From: a virus
Lineage: Duplodnaviria > Heunggongvirae > Uroviricota > Caudoviricetes
DNA: 64,000 bases
IMG/VR virus record: IMGVR_UViG_3300032093_000003
Reading direction: 5' to 3' (one strand)
Numbering within the stretch: position 1 is the stretch's first letter; each line of letters starts with the position of its first letter. The position numbers and the translations under genes were made by a program. Below the pieces are notes generated by a model that saw only the letters and a program-made list of their open reading frames with translations, was not told the origin of the DNA and did not search any database. Positions 12,040 through 23,025 of this stretch are shown here, piece after piece.

Positions 12040-15000
12040 TCAATATAGTTTAAAATAAACAATATCTCCATCAATTAGTCCCAAATCCCTCATTAGTTTA
12101 TCTGACATACAAATACCGTATCCTTGTAATAATGGACCCACATGTACAGGTCCGGTTACTTTTTTAACTGTGGAATTTAAATCATATGATGGTGATACAA
12201 ATACTTCTTTATTATTTTTAGGATTTATAAATTTAGCATTTGCGGTAATAATTTTAGATCCACTAATAACATTAGGTGTTTGAAATCTAGTACCATAAAA
12301 ATATGAAGTACTACTACTATCTTTTATTTCACCCCATAATAATGGTTTTGGTTTAGGATCTGTTTTAATGTTATTGATAACACCCATTGTCATATCATCA
12401 TCAATTTTATATATCCCTCCACCCATTTTAACTACCGCCGCTCTTAACCATTCATAATTCTTATCAGGAGATGAATAGTTTTTATTTTCAATTAATTGTA
12501 TATATTTTTCACCAGTTGTTTTATTATCACTAAATCCATTATACGGTACACCAAAAATATTAACACCCGACCTGTGTACTAATGTTTCACCATTAAATGA
12601 TTTACCAGATAAGTCTACTGTCACTGTCCTTCCATCTTGTACTGTTAATGATATTTCACTTTCAGGTCTCTTTATTAATGATTCTTTAACCTTTATTTGT
12701 GCTTTATTTACTATGGACTCAAATAAAGGTCTATAGGTTGCCATAGTGGCCTCTTTTGGATCAGGTAAAGACGCGTATGGTATTCTTGTTCCCGTAAAAT
12801 TTGTTGTTATATTATTATTTCTTATAGAATGTGTAACCTCCGTAATCCAATACGTACCTTTAAACATTGGAATATTTTTAAGATAAAAATACATTGTTGG
12901 TTGTATCATGACGTTACCCATAGAACTAACTTGACATGTATATGAAGATTGTCTGTATATGTCATATAACCCAATATCTACTTGATATGCATTTGCACCT
13001 GATTCAGATCTACCTAAATTTTCCATTGCAATAAATGATTCGGTAGTATTTTTTAATGATGATTGGTCAAGTTGTACTCCTTTAAAAATGCCTTGATTTT
13101 GATCACCAAAACTTACCTCGAATGCAACGACTCTATTTGATTTTGATAATTCAGCATTATCAAATACAGCAGGTGCGGTTATTATTAATGGATTTCTATT
13201 TTGATCTTGTATATTAAAACTGTCATCAATAAATTTATAATCTTTATTATATTTGTTAAGATCCAAATGTTTTGATGTTGGTCCAGTATATTGTAAAATT
13301 ACTTTGGGTGACGATTCTTGATAATCAACTTCTAAAAACGTACCAAACAAATTTTTGGCTAATTTTTTGGAAGGAATCAATTTAACTTTATTACTATAAT
13401 TTGCACCATAAAAATTTATATATGAGGGAAGTACTCTCATATCAAATCCGGTACCTTGTATTAAAACAGAAATAACACTGTATAAATTTAATTTTTGATT
13501 TTTTGTGTCACCTAATGGTATTAATTTTTGTATATTAAAATACGCATCAGAACCAATATCTTTGTTTGCCTTATCTAAAAATAAAAATTCTTCAAATAAT
13601 AATCTTTGACCGATTGAATTACCTCCAATCCACTTATCATTAAATGACTTGAAAAAATTATATGTTTCTAGTTTTAATATTTCATCACCAAAACCACTAA
13701 CTGGTGTCATTCTTTGTGCATCTGTTGTTTTTGTTAACTTACTAAACTGTGAAATTAAATTTTGTAAAAATTCGGTATGTCTTTTTGTTAAAGTTGTTGT
13801 TGAATCAATTACTAAAACATTTTTTCTAATATAATCTATAAAATCAGGTTTAGTTGGTGATGCGGTGTTTAAATAATGTCCAGCAAATATTTGTGCTAAC
13901 GATCTAAACTGAATTACATTGTCCTCACTTAACTCAATATCATTTGTTGCAAAAAATTGTAAATATTTATTATCAATATCTTCACCTAAATAAAGATCAA
14001 TATATTTTGAATTGGGCGATACTTGAGCAATATTAAATGTATTATAACTAAATGTACTTCCAGAATTTATATTTGCAAACCCATTAACAACATATGAATC
14101 AATTTCTTTAGGGTTTCCGTTTGTAAATTTTATTAAATTATCTTTACTTAATAATTTTGTATGTATGTTCTGTATCTTGTCTTTTTGTCTATTTTTTATA
14201 TCAATAATAATTTGATCTGTTCTACCAGTATCTGTTGATATTTTTTCTACACTACACAAATCTTTTAAAATAGATTGAAACTTATCATAAAAAACACTTT
14301 CAAATTTTTTATAAGGTAATTCTTCTTTTACTGTCGACGTTGCAAAATTTATGAACATTTCTTCCATTTCGTTCAGAATATCTGGATTAAATGTTGCAAT
14401 TAAATCGATAACTTTTCTATAGTTTGTGTCCATAGAAAATATATTATCATTAGTTGTGGAACCACTATTATAATTTCTGGTATATTGGTATGGGGAAGCA
14501 AATGTTAATCCACTAAAATTTTTAAATAAACCCTCATCCTCCCAAATTATTCTTGTGTATTTTTGTTCTTGTTCAAAAAAATTATTTTGTGGTATATATG
14601 AATTACCCCCATCTGATGGTAATACAGTAAATCTGAGATCTTTCGGGTCGTATTTGGAATTATCAACAAATGTTGTCCAATATCTCATTCCGTTTGTCAC
14701 AACTCGAGCATTACCTATAATCCCACCTGCAACAACATTTACATCAAAAGAAGGACTACCTGAAAATACATCATAATGATTATAACCATTAACTACTTGG
14801 TGAAATATAGCATCATAATATGGATGAATACCTACATCAGAATTATTAGAATATGTCACACCACTACCATTTAATGTAAATGTAAATCCAGAATTATTAT
14901 CAAAAAACTCACTACCATTAAAATTTGTGGTTATATTTGATGTACTTAAAAAACCATCTAATATATCATTATTGTCTAAAATTTTCTTTTTATATCTGTG

Positions 15001-17829
15001 ATATATTGATCCCCATTTTAATAGTAAATGATATGGTATAAAATGTGTTGAACCTATTTCTCTAAATAAAGAAGATACTTTTATGTTATTTGAAAATCTA
15101 TCTTCCAAATCTTTAAAAGGTAATGAATTAAGTAATAAATATGCAGAACCCACATACTTACCAACTCTTCCTGATTTGAAGAAATCGGAATATAATTGTT
15201 TGTGGAAATATGGTGTATTTAAAATATTGACTTTAGTATCTAAACCGAATGTTTGTACCGTACCAGGTACTGGTACTGTAGTGGTACCTAAATACAATTT
15301 ATTTGAAAATATATTATTCTTAAAATTATCTTTAACCCATAATTCGGGATTCACCTCTGTTGAAATAAATCCTTCCGATGTATTGACTTTTAAAGTGTTA
15401 CCAAATTTAAACTCATTATCAGTAAAACTATTTTGTTTTAAATAAGACAAATATGTTTTTGAATTAAATGGATATATTTCTGTTCTATATGTATCTGACT
15501 GATATCTTAATAAATCATCACTTAATTTAACATATAAAGAATCATTATTAACAGGTTTAGGGTTAGTATTATTATTAGAATTCCTGTTAGGGTCGTAATA
15601 TTGTTCAAAAATGTGTGGACTATCTATTATGCTAGAAATATAACCTACTGTTGGTAGTCTATCAACGTAATATGGATATCTATCAAATGGTGATAGACTT
15701 CTCATTAAGTTTAATAAGTCAGGAAAACTTTTAACACTGTCTCTTAATATATCAATAACATCATTGTCATGTTTTATCGACTCGCTTAAGTTTTCAAATT
15801 CAAAATTAGATAATTCTCTTATTGTATTTGAATTAAAAGAATCAAATAATGTTATATAATATGATCTTTCAAATATTTCATATAATATAGAAACTAATGT
15901 TTTTTCTGTATAAGGAATTACACCTAAAGATTTACCAAAACCATTTATTAGTGTGTCAAGTGTACTTATCTTTTTTATTTTACCCTCATCTAAATTATCT
16001 TCAAAAACGTAATCTATTTTACCAATACCACCTTCCTTTTCTGATAATGGGTCATATTTTTTAGTTGTTACCGCAATATAGTCTTCAACAAAATCAATTT
16101 CTGGCCACAATTTCTTATCATTAGTTTTCAATTTTTGTAATAGATCTTTATCACCAGGATATGCCACTACTTTACTTTTACTACCTGAACCTGTACTTTT
16201 TTTAACTTCCGGCCAAGGATATACCGCACCACCACCAGGTGTTTCATCGGAAAATCCGACTAATAAATTTTTTCTAGTTTCGGCATCTTGAAATGCCTTA
16301 TTATGTGTATCTTTTAATAGTCTAATGTAAACTTCTGCATTAGCAAGAACCACAGCAAATATGTTTCTTATTGTTGGTTCAAACCCAATACCCTTTTTAG
16401 GGTCTCTTAAAATTGTATTTATTTCTTTTTCAACATCTTTTTGTAGTGCATCTTTTTGTTTTAAAAATTCATTTACCATTTTTTTATAATCCTCACCAAG
16501 TAAATCAATATTCAACCCAACTTGTTTGTCTTTATAACCAATATAATCATCGATATTTTTAATATCGTTACTTTTCTTTAATTTAGTAAAATCACTACTT
16601 GTCTTGTTTATTACATTATTGGCAAATAAATTAGTTTTAGATAAAAGTTCTTTATACCTATTTAAACCCTTTTCAAGAGTATCGTCTGAATCTCCTTTTA
16701 TTTTTGATTTATCTGTTTTATCGGATATATTTAATAAATAAAATAATTCATCCCCCCTTGTTCCGCCAGTGAAACTAACAGTAGATAAATTTTTCTTTGT
16801 CCATATGTTTATGTATTCACCTAATTTTGATAAACCATCTTCATATTCAACTATACCTGCGAAAACCTTAAAATCTACTTTTTGAAATATTTCGTTTTCC
16901 AGTATTTTATCTAAACTTTCTGAAATTGTAATAAGTTCTTTAAGTGTTTTTACGGGAAAATTTGGATCAATTAATTTTTTTTGTTTTAGTTCATTATAAA
17001 CAGATCTTAAAATTGCATATCCTCTAGATGATTTTGAAATCTTTTTTTCAAAAGTACCACTACCTTCATTAAATGTTGGTCTTGTACTATTTTCAACTCT
17101 AAACATATAAGGACAATTTAACATACCATTTAATGGTATATCAGAAATGTGTGCAAATGTTGCACCAACGAATGTTGCCATACTTTCAAAATTACCAGAC
17201 CCTTCGTTAAATTTTGTTGTAAATTTTACTAAATGTAATCTATATCTAATTGCCTTCCCATAATAACCTTTAACTGTCAAATAAAATATCGGCCAAGGTA
17301 AATGAAAAAATGCTTTATATGGTGAGTTTTCGGGAGACTCAAATAATGTTTTACCTCTAACATCTATAAAGTTTATTGTAACTTGTGGAATTGAGTTCAA
17401 ACCTTTGGTTGTTATTGTTATACTATCAATACCAAAACTTTGTCCGGTTCCATCCGATTGAAAAAATTCACCAGTACCTACATTTATTTTATTACCATTT
17501 ATGTCGGTACTTTTTTTTGTAATTTCTGTTTTTTCTAAAAATGCATTTGTCCATGACGTATCAAAATCATCACCATTTTGATTTCTTAAAAAATTAAGAG
17601 TACCTTTTGCTATAGATATTAAAGTATTTTTATCATTACTAGAAACTAAAATAGATCTGGGAATAATATCCGCCTCCAAATTAACATACATCATCAAATT
17701 TTCAGGACGAATAGATCTAGGTTCTATTTCACCATCCACAACAACACTGTTAGGGTCGACATAAATTAAATTATTTACATCTGATTTAACAAGAATGTCC
17801 TCACTATTTGAAATATCTTTATTCCCCAT
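12040..17829 (-). CDS. Giant baseplate hub-like protein (gp27/late control D-like) with C-terminal RlpA-like domain
   Basis: 'GNVMIQPTMYFYL...GTYWITEVTHSI...TTNFTGTR' matches the C-terminal pattern of phage hub proteins; baseplate gene context. Confidence 0.6.
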   Translation of the reverse strand: MGNKDISNSEDILVKSDVNNLIYVDPNSVVVDGEIEPRSIRPENLMMYVNLEADIIPRSILVSSNDKNTLISIAKGTLNFLRNQNGDDFDTSWTNAFLEKTEITKKSTDINGNKINVGTGEFFQSDGTGQSFGIDSITITTKGLNSIPQVTINFIDVRGKTLFESPENSPYKAFFHLPWPIFYLTVKGYYGKAIRYRLHLVKFTTKFNEGSGNFESMATFVGATFAHISDIPLNGMLNCPYMFRVENSTRPTFNEGSGTFEKKISKSSRGYAILRSVYNELKQKKLIDPNFPVKTLKELITISESLDKILENEIFQKVDFKVFAGIVEYEDGLSKLGEYINIWTKKNLSTVSFTGGTRGDELFYLLNISDKTDKSKIKGDSDDTLEKGLNRYKELLSKTNLFANNVINKTSSDFTKLKKSNDIKNIDDYIGYKDKQVGLNIDLLGEDYKKMVNEFLKQKDALQKDVEKEINTILRDPKKGIGFEPTIRNIFAVVLANAEVYIRLLKDTHNKAFQDAETRKNLLVGFSDETPGGGAVYPWPEVKKSTGSGSKSKVVAYPGDKDLLQKLKTNDKKLWPEIDFVEDYIAVTTKKYDPLSEKEGGIGKIDYVFEDNLDEGKIKKISTLDTLINGFGKSLGVIPYTEKTLVSILYEIFERSYYITLFDSFNSNTIRELSNFEFENLSESIKHDNDVIDILRDSVKSFPDLLNLMRSLSPFDRYPYYVDRLPTVGYISSIIDSPHIFEQYYDPNRNSNNNTNPKPVNNDSLYVKLSDDLLRYQSDTYRTEIYPFNSKTYLSYLKQNSFTDNEFKFGNTLKVNTSEGFISTEVNPELWVKDNFKNNIFSNKLYLGTTTVPVPGTVQTFGLDTKVNILNTPYFHKQLYSDFFKSGRVGKYVGSAYLLLNSLPFKDLEDRFSNNIKVSSLFREIGSTHFIPYHLLLKWGSIYHRYKKKILDNNDILDGFLSTSNITTNFNGSEFFDNNSGFTFTLNGSGVTYSNNSDVGIHPYYDAIFHQVVNGYNHYDVFSGSPSFDVNVVAGGIIGNARVVTNGMRYWTTFVDNSKYDPKDLRFTVLPSDGGNSYIPQNNFFEQEQKYTRIIWEDEGLFKNFSGLTFASPYQYTRNYNSGSTTNDNIFSMDTNYRKVIDLIATFNPDILNEMEEMFINFATSTVKEELPYKKFESVFYDKFQSILKDLCSVEKISTDTGRTDQIIIDIKNRQKDKIQNIHTKLLSKDNLIKFTNGNPKEIDSYVVNGFANINSGSTFSYNTFNIAQVSPNSKYIDLYLGEDIDNKYLQFFATNDIELSEDNVIQFRSLAQIFAGHYLNTASPTKPDFIDYIRKNVLVIDSTTTLTKRHTEFLQNLISQFSKLTKTTDAQRMTPVSGFGDEILKLETYNFFKSFNDKWIGGNSIGQRLLFEEFLFLDKANKDIGSDAYFNIQKLIPLGDTKNQKLNLYSVISVLIQGTGFDMRVLPSYINFYGANYSNKVKLIPSKKLAKNLFGTFLEVDYQESSPKVILQYTGPTSKHLDLNKYNKDYKFIDDSFNIQDQNRNPLIITAPAVFDNAELSKSNRVVAFEVSFGDQNQGIFKGVQLDQSSLKNTTESFIAMENLGRSESGANAYQVDIGLYDIYRQSSYTCQVSSMGNVMIQPTMYFYLKNIPMFKGTYWITEVTHSIRNNNITTNFTGTRIPYASLPDPKEATMATYRPLFESIVNKAQIKVKESLIKRPESEISLTVQDGRTVTVDLSGKSFNGETLVHRSGVNIFGVPYNGFSDNKTTGEKYIQLIENKNYSSPDKNYEWLRAAVVKMGGGIYKIDDDMTMGVINNIKTDPKPKPLLWGEIKDSSSTSYFYGTRFQTPNVISGSKIITANAKFINPKNNKEVFVSPSYDLNSTVKKVTGPVHVGPLLQGYGICMSDKLMRDLGLIDGDIVYFKLY

Positions 17830-18142
17830 AATATAATTTATACAATTCTACGTTTCTTTTGTAATCTTGTAAAGAGGTAACTAGTGGAAATGGTACTCTA
17901 ACTACAAAATTATCAGGTATTTCGAATTCAATACTACCCGCTAATGGGTTGGCCAATAATATTAACCACCCGAAGACAGGAGTACCATAATATTGATCTG
18001 AAATTTTATCTAATCTAGTTTGATTTTTTTTAAAAAAAACATACTTATCTGTCTTTTTTATAGGTATTTCTATGCCAGGTACTATTCTAAACTCACCATC
18101 AATAAGAAATTCGTCATATCTATCATAATAACTTCTACTCAT
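17819..18142 (-). CDS. Baseplate wedge protein, gp53/LysM/tail-X-like
   Basis: 'RLDKISDQYYGTPVFGWLILLANP' LysM-like pattern, located between the tube initiator and hub genes. Confidence 0.75.
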   Translation of the reverse strand: MSRSYYDRYDEFLIDGEFRIVPGIEIPIKKTDKYVFFKKNQTRLDKISDQYYGTPVFGWLILLANPLAGSIEFEIPDNFVVRVPFPLVTSLQDYKRNVELYKLYYGE

Positions 18143-21100
18143 TTCTAAAATAATTTAGTTTTTTATCTACAGGTTGTTTTGTAGAATTTATTTTTGTAAG
18201 TATATCTTTTTCATTGGTGTCGGTAATATCTGATTGTGTACCTGTTTTAAACTTAATTTTTAATGTGTCTTTTCTTTTTGGGTATTTTTTTAATTTAAAT
18301 TTAATATCATCAGGTTTTTCTAAAAATTTATCTAACGACTTGGATAATTTTTCTTTTTCAACATTAGGTCTGAAAACAAGTACATCAGTATATTGATTTA
18401 ATATATTATTTTTATAATCACTTAATAAATTTGAAATCATTTTTATAACTTGTGCGTCTGTTATTGATTGTGGATTATTAAAATTAACTGTGTTAGAAAT
18501 TTTATTAGTTAATCTTACATGGTTATCACTAATATAATCAACGCACGATGAATATTTGTCCAATAAAATATCATATGTAAATCCAGATAAATCAACCTTT
18601 GTGAATTTTTCATTTTCTATTTTTCCATCATGTATATAATAGATTAAATAGTTTAACCCATCTAATGTTTTTATAATTTCATTTCTAGCCAATATTAGAT
18701 CTTTTTCAATTGCCCCAAATTTTTCTGGAATTTCATCAAATATTTTTTTAATTTCTGAACTTAAATATGGTTTTAAAATTTGATCTGAATTTGGGACTTT
18801 AGCATCCGGTATTTTTGCGTCTAATAGGTCTTTTGTTAAACTTGGTATTTTATTTTCAATAACATCAACAAATCTTTCTCTAACGTCTCTCAATATTATT
18901 GGTAATTCTTTACTTTTTTTGTATTCACCTACTAAATCTAAAACAACAGTTTGAGCACCATTTGGTTGTGTATAAACATCATATTTTGTTATTGGTCTAT
19001 ATGTTTCAGAAAAGAATAAACTTGTAATATCTTCACCATATTTTAATAAAGATGTGTTATAAGCACTCTTATATTTTTCAAAATAATTCTCAACTTGTTT
19101 AAATAATCCGTTGACTAAATCATCGTAACTTATTTCTTCACCTTCAGGTTTACCTATAAATTTACCATTAACAATATTATTTCCATTATTAACATCGTCT
19201 TGTCTTTCAGGTGTTTTTGGTGCGTTTTTTTGTATCTTTTCTAAAAAATCTTTTGTAAACTGTTCCGCATCAACACCAGCAATTTTTGTATTTGTTGGTA
19301 TGGATCTCTCATCGTACATTTCGGTATTAGCATAAAAATTAGATGATAGTGCGTTCTGTAATTTTTCAACTGGTTTTTCTAATCCATGTCCACCAATGAA
19401 ACTTAATTGTAATGTGACAGACGCAATCATCGGTTGTACACCAATACCTTCAGGATTAAAATCCCAAACAGCATCATCAAAATTTATACTTATATCTTTT
19501 ATGGCAACTTTTGAATGATAAAAATCCCCAATTCTTATTATACAAATTGGTGGTGGTCCAAATGTTGTGTTTCTGGCATTTAAATCGGCTTCATCTGATA
19601 ATCCTTTTATTGGTAATGTGTCGCCAGGTCTAATACATTGATGTAAAAATGTTAATCTAGCATTTAAACCTTCCGGTGTCATTGAATGAAATGCGGGATG
19701 AAAATATTTTAATTTTTCTTTTAAAGATGAAAATTGTATTGGTGAATCCTCCTCTAATTTTTTGAAATAAAAACACTCCGATAATGTTTTCATTATCAAT
19801 CTTTTCATAACATCAATAGGTGGTTTCTTTATTTCTTTTTTAATTTCAATTTTACCATCTTCTTCTAATGATGTCTTTGGTAAAACAGGTGGATTTGGTG
19901 GTGGTGGAGGTGGTGTTGGTTGTACCTGTTGTTTAATATATCCTATCTTTACTTTTGATTGTCTACAATTAACCGCAACTGGTGCTACAACATCTAATTT
20001 TTCACCTGCAGATACATTTAGCGGATATAAAAAATCTTGTGTTGTACACGAAACACTAGATCCATTTTCTTCTACATTACCATATTCACCATAGTTTGTT
20101 ACTTTTATTTTAAATTTACCATCTATCTCGTATCCAATGTCTCTAAATGTAACAATATCATTAACCCATTGTATTGGGGACTTAGTGTCTTTAATATTAT
20201 TGGTGGTTGGATCTGTTGGAAATACATATTTTAATCTTGTTGTTCTAAACTTTTCCATATCAAACGAAGGATCATTTGCTATTTTTTCAAAAATGTCCTT
20301 TAAGATTGAATATGTTCTTCTAAAAGATAAATTAAGGTTATATTCATTATTTGTTAACGCGGATGTTGATGATCCTATTTCAATTGTAACTTCTTGTACC
20401 GTACCTCCAGATATGTCTACTTTTAATTGATCAATTGTTTTTCTATATGTACTATAATTCTCATCTAATTTACTAAAAATATCTGTTAATCTATTTAAAG
20501 ATATTTGTATTAAACTACTTTTACTTGTACCTCTAACATCTGTCTTACCATATAATAATTTTATATCGTTTAACATGTTTTTATCAGGATTTGTTGTTGC
20601 ACTATATGCGGTTAACAAAAGATTTAAATTTTTTTGTAAAGCATTTTTCTGTTTGTCATAATCTCCAGTTTGTTGTGTGGGTGACGATCCTTTATAATAA
20701 GAATATGCAGTTTCATAACTTTCCGCAGTTATATAATTCTTAGTACTCATTTTTGGATAATCGTTCTCAAATTTTAGATTAACATCTAAATTAATATTTT
20801 GTGGTTGAGTACCTCCACCGCTAGGTGATGTGTTTGGTTCATCTTGTTTAATATCTTCAGTTACTACTTTATATTTTTGTATTAATTCAGTTGATACACC
20901 CGCATTCAAATATCTTTGAATTAGTTTTATATCATCTTCATTTAATGTTGCGTACTTTTTAACTAAATCATATAAGTCAACATCTTGACATCCAGCAAAA
21001 AAGGCATTTATATAATTGTCCGCCTCTTCATCTGACATATCCTTAAAGACTTCTCTAACCAATAAGTTCATTATACTTGGATGGTCGACAATTACTTTAA

Positions 21101-22988
21101 ATGAAATTGTACCTGATCTTGATGTATTTTGATAAGTATAGATTGGTTCAGGTCTACCTAAAAATAAGTTTTCTTCCCATCTTGCATTGTTTGTTTCATT
21201 TACTTTTAAATCATATGGTGGAAACCACATAACTCTACCACCGTTTGGTCCTCTTTCGCAATATGGTAAATCTTGAACTGTAAATCCTTCTCTATTAGAT
21301 GTTTTCCATGCCAAGTTCTCAATTGAAAACATATATTTTTTAGCATAAAATCCACCACCATACGGGTAATTTGGAAATATATTTGACGATCCTTCAAAAC
21401 TTTTATTACCATCGGACATAGGTGCAATATTCAAATTATAAGGTGTTGTTAAAACACTACCTTCAAATTTTCTAATATTAGTCCCTCTTTTCATGGTATC
21501 TGACCTTGTCATGTATGGTCTATCTTTTGTCCACACTCTACAATACTCAACACCACTTTCTTCTCCTGTAAATTTATCTGTATATTTAACTGCAGAACCT
21601 CTAGATATTCTAATATCACCTTCACCAAAAACTCTACTTGTTTGGTCAATAACATTTGCCACATGTGAACGGGCTTCACCACCATTTGTTGGTAATGTAT
21701 TTAATAGTTCTTGTGTTACTCCTAAAATAGAATCTTCTCTAAAATCAAAACCACTCGATAGAGACTGATCGTAATTTGATTTTTGTAAATTAAAAAACTC
21801 GTTGTTCGCACCTATTTTATTTTTTGAATTTTTACTTATCCAAGTTAATTTATTTGAAATCTGTCCTCCCTCACCGATATTTTTTGTTCTTTGAAATAGA
21901 GTTGCTTGTATCTCATCAAACATTAAAGTTAAATAAAAATTACTTTTAACAGGTCTATCATTAAAATCACTCATCGCGTATTTTACATCATTTCCTCTGT
22001 CATCACCGATATATGCGATACCTGCCGGTGCTTCAACACCTAAAACATTTTTAACACCTTGTGCAACATTATCAACAAAATTAAATAATTTAGATGAATT
22101 TTGTGATCTTGCTGTTGTGGTATAATTTGGTGCATATTTTGAAAAAGATAAGTTGTCAAATAATCTTTGTTTCTGACCCTGACCCATATACTCAATAAAA
22201 AGATCAGAAGGTTTCCTGTCTCTTTGTGGTCTTCTTTGAATACCGATTAAAGAACCTAAAGCACCTGTGACATCCTGAAGTATCGCACCTAATTCAGTTC
22301 TTGTATCAGGTCTAACATTTACAGGATTCGCCGGATTACTTAAATAATCACCAGGTATTTCTGTAAATGGGAATTCCACACCGGCAACAGATTGTAAAAA
22401 ATCAATGGCTTTACCGGGTAATGTTTTTGCAACAGTAATTTGATAGTTTGGATCAACTAACGGTTCTCTACCTGTTATTAGATTTATTGCTGTGGTATTA
22501 TTACCTCTTATTGCATCTAATAATCTAACCCTACCTTCTGTTACTCTTTTAAGATTTTGTTCTATTCTAGAATACACGGGACCCTTTTGATCTTTATCCC
22601 TAATATATGATGCCGCAAATTTAAATAATTCAGATTCATTATCGTAATTTGATGTGGTCATTATACCAACTAAATTATAGTTACCACTTCTAAAATATGG
22701 TGTTCCATTATAATATAATAATAAATTTGCTCTTCTTGGAATTGTATCTATCCTATCTTTAACAAAATATTGTAACGGTTTAAATGTGTTAGAATTTTGA
22801 TGTTGTTGTAAATCATTTGCTCTATTTGTATCTACCGCACCCGGATCTACATTTGAAAAATCACTTAGATTTTGTACTGTATAGTTACTTGCATTAAATG
22901 TCTGTGGACCATTTGGTTGTTGTAGTGTTCTAACAATTAACGCATCCCTAAATGTTCTTGTTGTATTAAAATCTAAATATGTTGGCAT
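18135..22988 (-). CDS. Large baseplate tube-initiator-like (gp48/gp54-like) protein with inserted OmpA-like domain
   Basis: 'GRPEPIYTYQNTSRSGTISF' and 'PPPICIIRIGDF...WD...QPMIASVTL' tube-fold halves; 'YNLNLSFRR' OmpA-like motif. Confidence 0.6.
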   Translation of the reverse strand: MPTYLDFNTTRTFRDALIVRTLQQPNGPQTFNASNYTVQNLSDFSNVDPGAVDTNRANDLQQHQNSNTFKPLQYFVKDRIDTIPRRANLLLYYNGTPYFRSGNYNLVGIMTTSNYDNESELFKFAASYIRDKDQKGPVYSRIEQNLKRVTEGRVRLLDAIRGNNTTAINLITGREPLVDPNYQITVAKTLPGKAIDFLQSVAGVEFPFTEIPGDYLSNPANPVNVRPDTRTELGAILQDVTGALGSLIGIQRRPQRDRKPSDLFIEYMGQGQKQRLFDNLSFSKYAPNYTTTARSQNSSKLFNFVDNVAQGVKNVLGVEAPAGIAYIGDDRGNDVKYAMSDFNDRPVKSNFYLTLMFDEIQATLFQRTKNIGEGGQISNKLTWISKNSKNKIGANNEFFNLQKSNYDQSLSSGFDFREDSILGVTQELLNTLPTNGGEARSHVANVIDQTSRVFGEGDIRISRGSAVKYTDKFTGEESGVEYCRVWTKDRPYMTRSDTMKRGTNIRKFEGSVLTTPYNLNIAPMSDGNKSFEGSSNIFPNYPYGGGFYAKKYMFSIENLAWKTSNREGFTVQDLPYCERGPNGGRVMWFPPYDLKVNETNNARWEENLFLGRPEPIYTYQNTSRSGTISFKVIVDHPSIMNLLVREVFKDMSDEEADNYINAFFAGCQDVDLYDLVKKYATLNEDDIKLIQRYLNAGVSTELIQKYKVVTEDIKQDEPNTSPSGGGTQPQNINLDVNLKFENDYPKMSTKNYITAESYETAYSYYKGSSPTQQTGDYDKQKNALQKNLNLLLTAYSATTNPDKNMLNDIKLLYGKTDVRGTSKSSLIQISLNRLTDIFSKLDENYSTYRKTIDQLKVDISGGTVQEVTIEIGSSTSALTNNEYNLNLSFRRTYSILKDIFEKIANDPSFDMEKFRTTRLKYVFPTDPTTNNIKDTKSPIQWVNDIVTFRDIGYEIDGKFKIKVTNYGEYGNVEENGSSVSCTTQDFLYPLNVSAGEKLDVVAPVAVNCRQSKVKIGYIKQQVQPTPPPPPPNPPVLPKTSLEEDGKIEIKKEIKKPPIDVMKRLIMKTLSECFYFKKLEEDSPIQFSSLKEKLKYFHPAFHSMTPEGLNARLTFLHQCIRPGDTLPIKGLSDEADLNARNTTFGPPPICIIRIGDFYHSKVAIKDISINFDDAVWDFNPEGIGVQPMIASVTLQLSFIGGHGLEKPVEKLQNALSSNFYANTEMYDERSIPTNTKIAGVDAEQFTKDFLEKIQKNAPKTPERQDDVNNGNNIVNGKFIGKPEGEEISYDDLVNGLFKQVENYFEKYKSAYNTSLLKYGEDITSLFFSETYRPITKYDVYTQPNGAQTVVLDLVGEYKKSKELPIILRDVRERFVDVIENKIPSLTKDLLDAKIPDAKVPNSDQILKPYLSSEIKKIFDEIPEKFGAIEKDLILARNEIIKTLDGLNYLIYYIHDGKIENEKFTKVDLSGFTYDILLDKYSSCVDYISDNHVRLTNKISNTVNFNNPQSITDAQVIKMISNLLSDYKNNILNQYTDVLVFRPNVEKEKLSKSLDKFLEKPDDIKFKLKKYPKRKDTLKIKFKTGTQSDITDTNEKDILTKINSTKQPVDKKLNYFRNE

Positions 22989-23025
22989 CTATAATTTATA
23001 TTATAAATAGGTTTTAATTAAAAAA

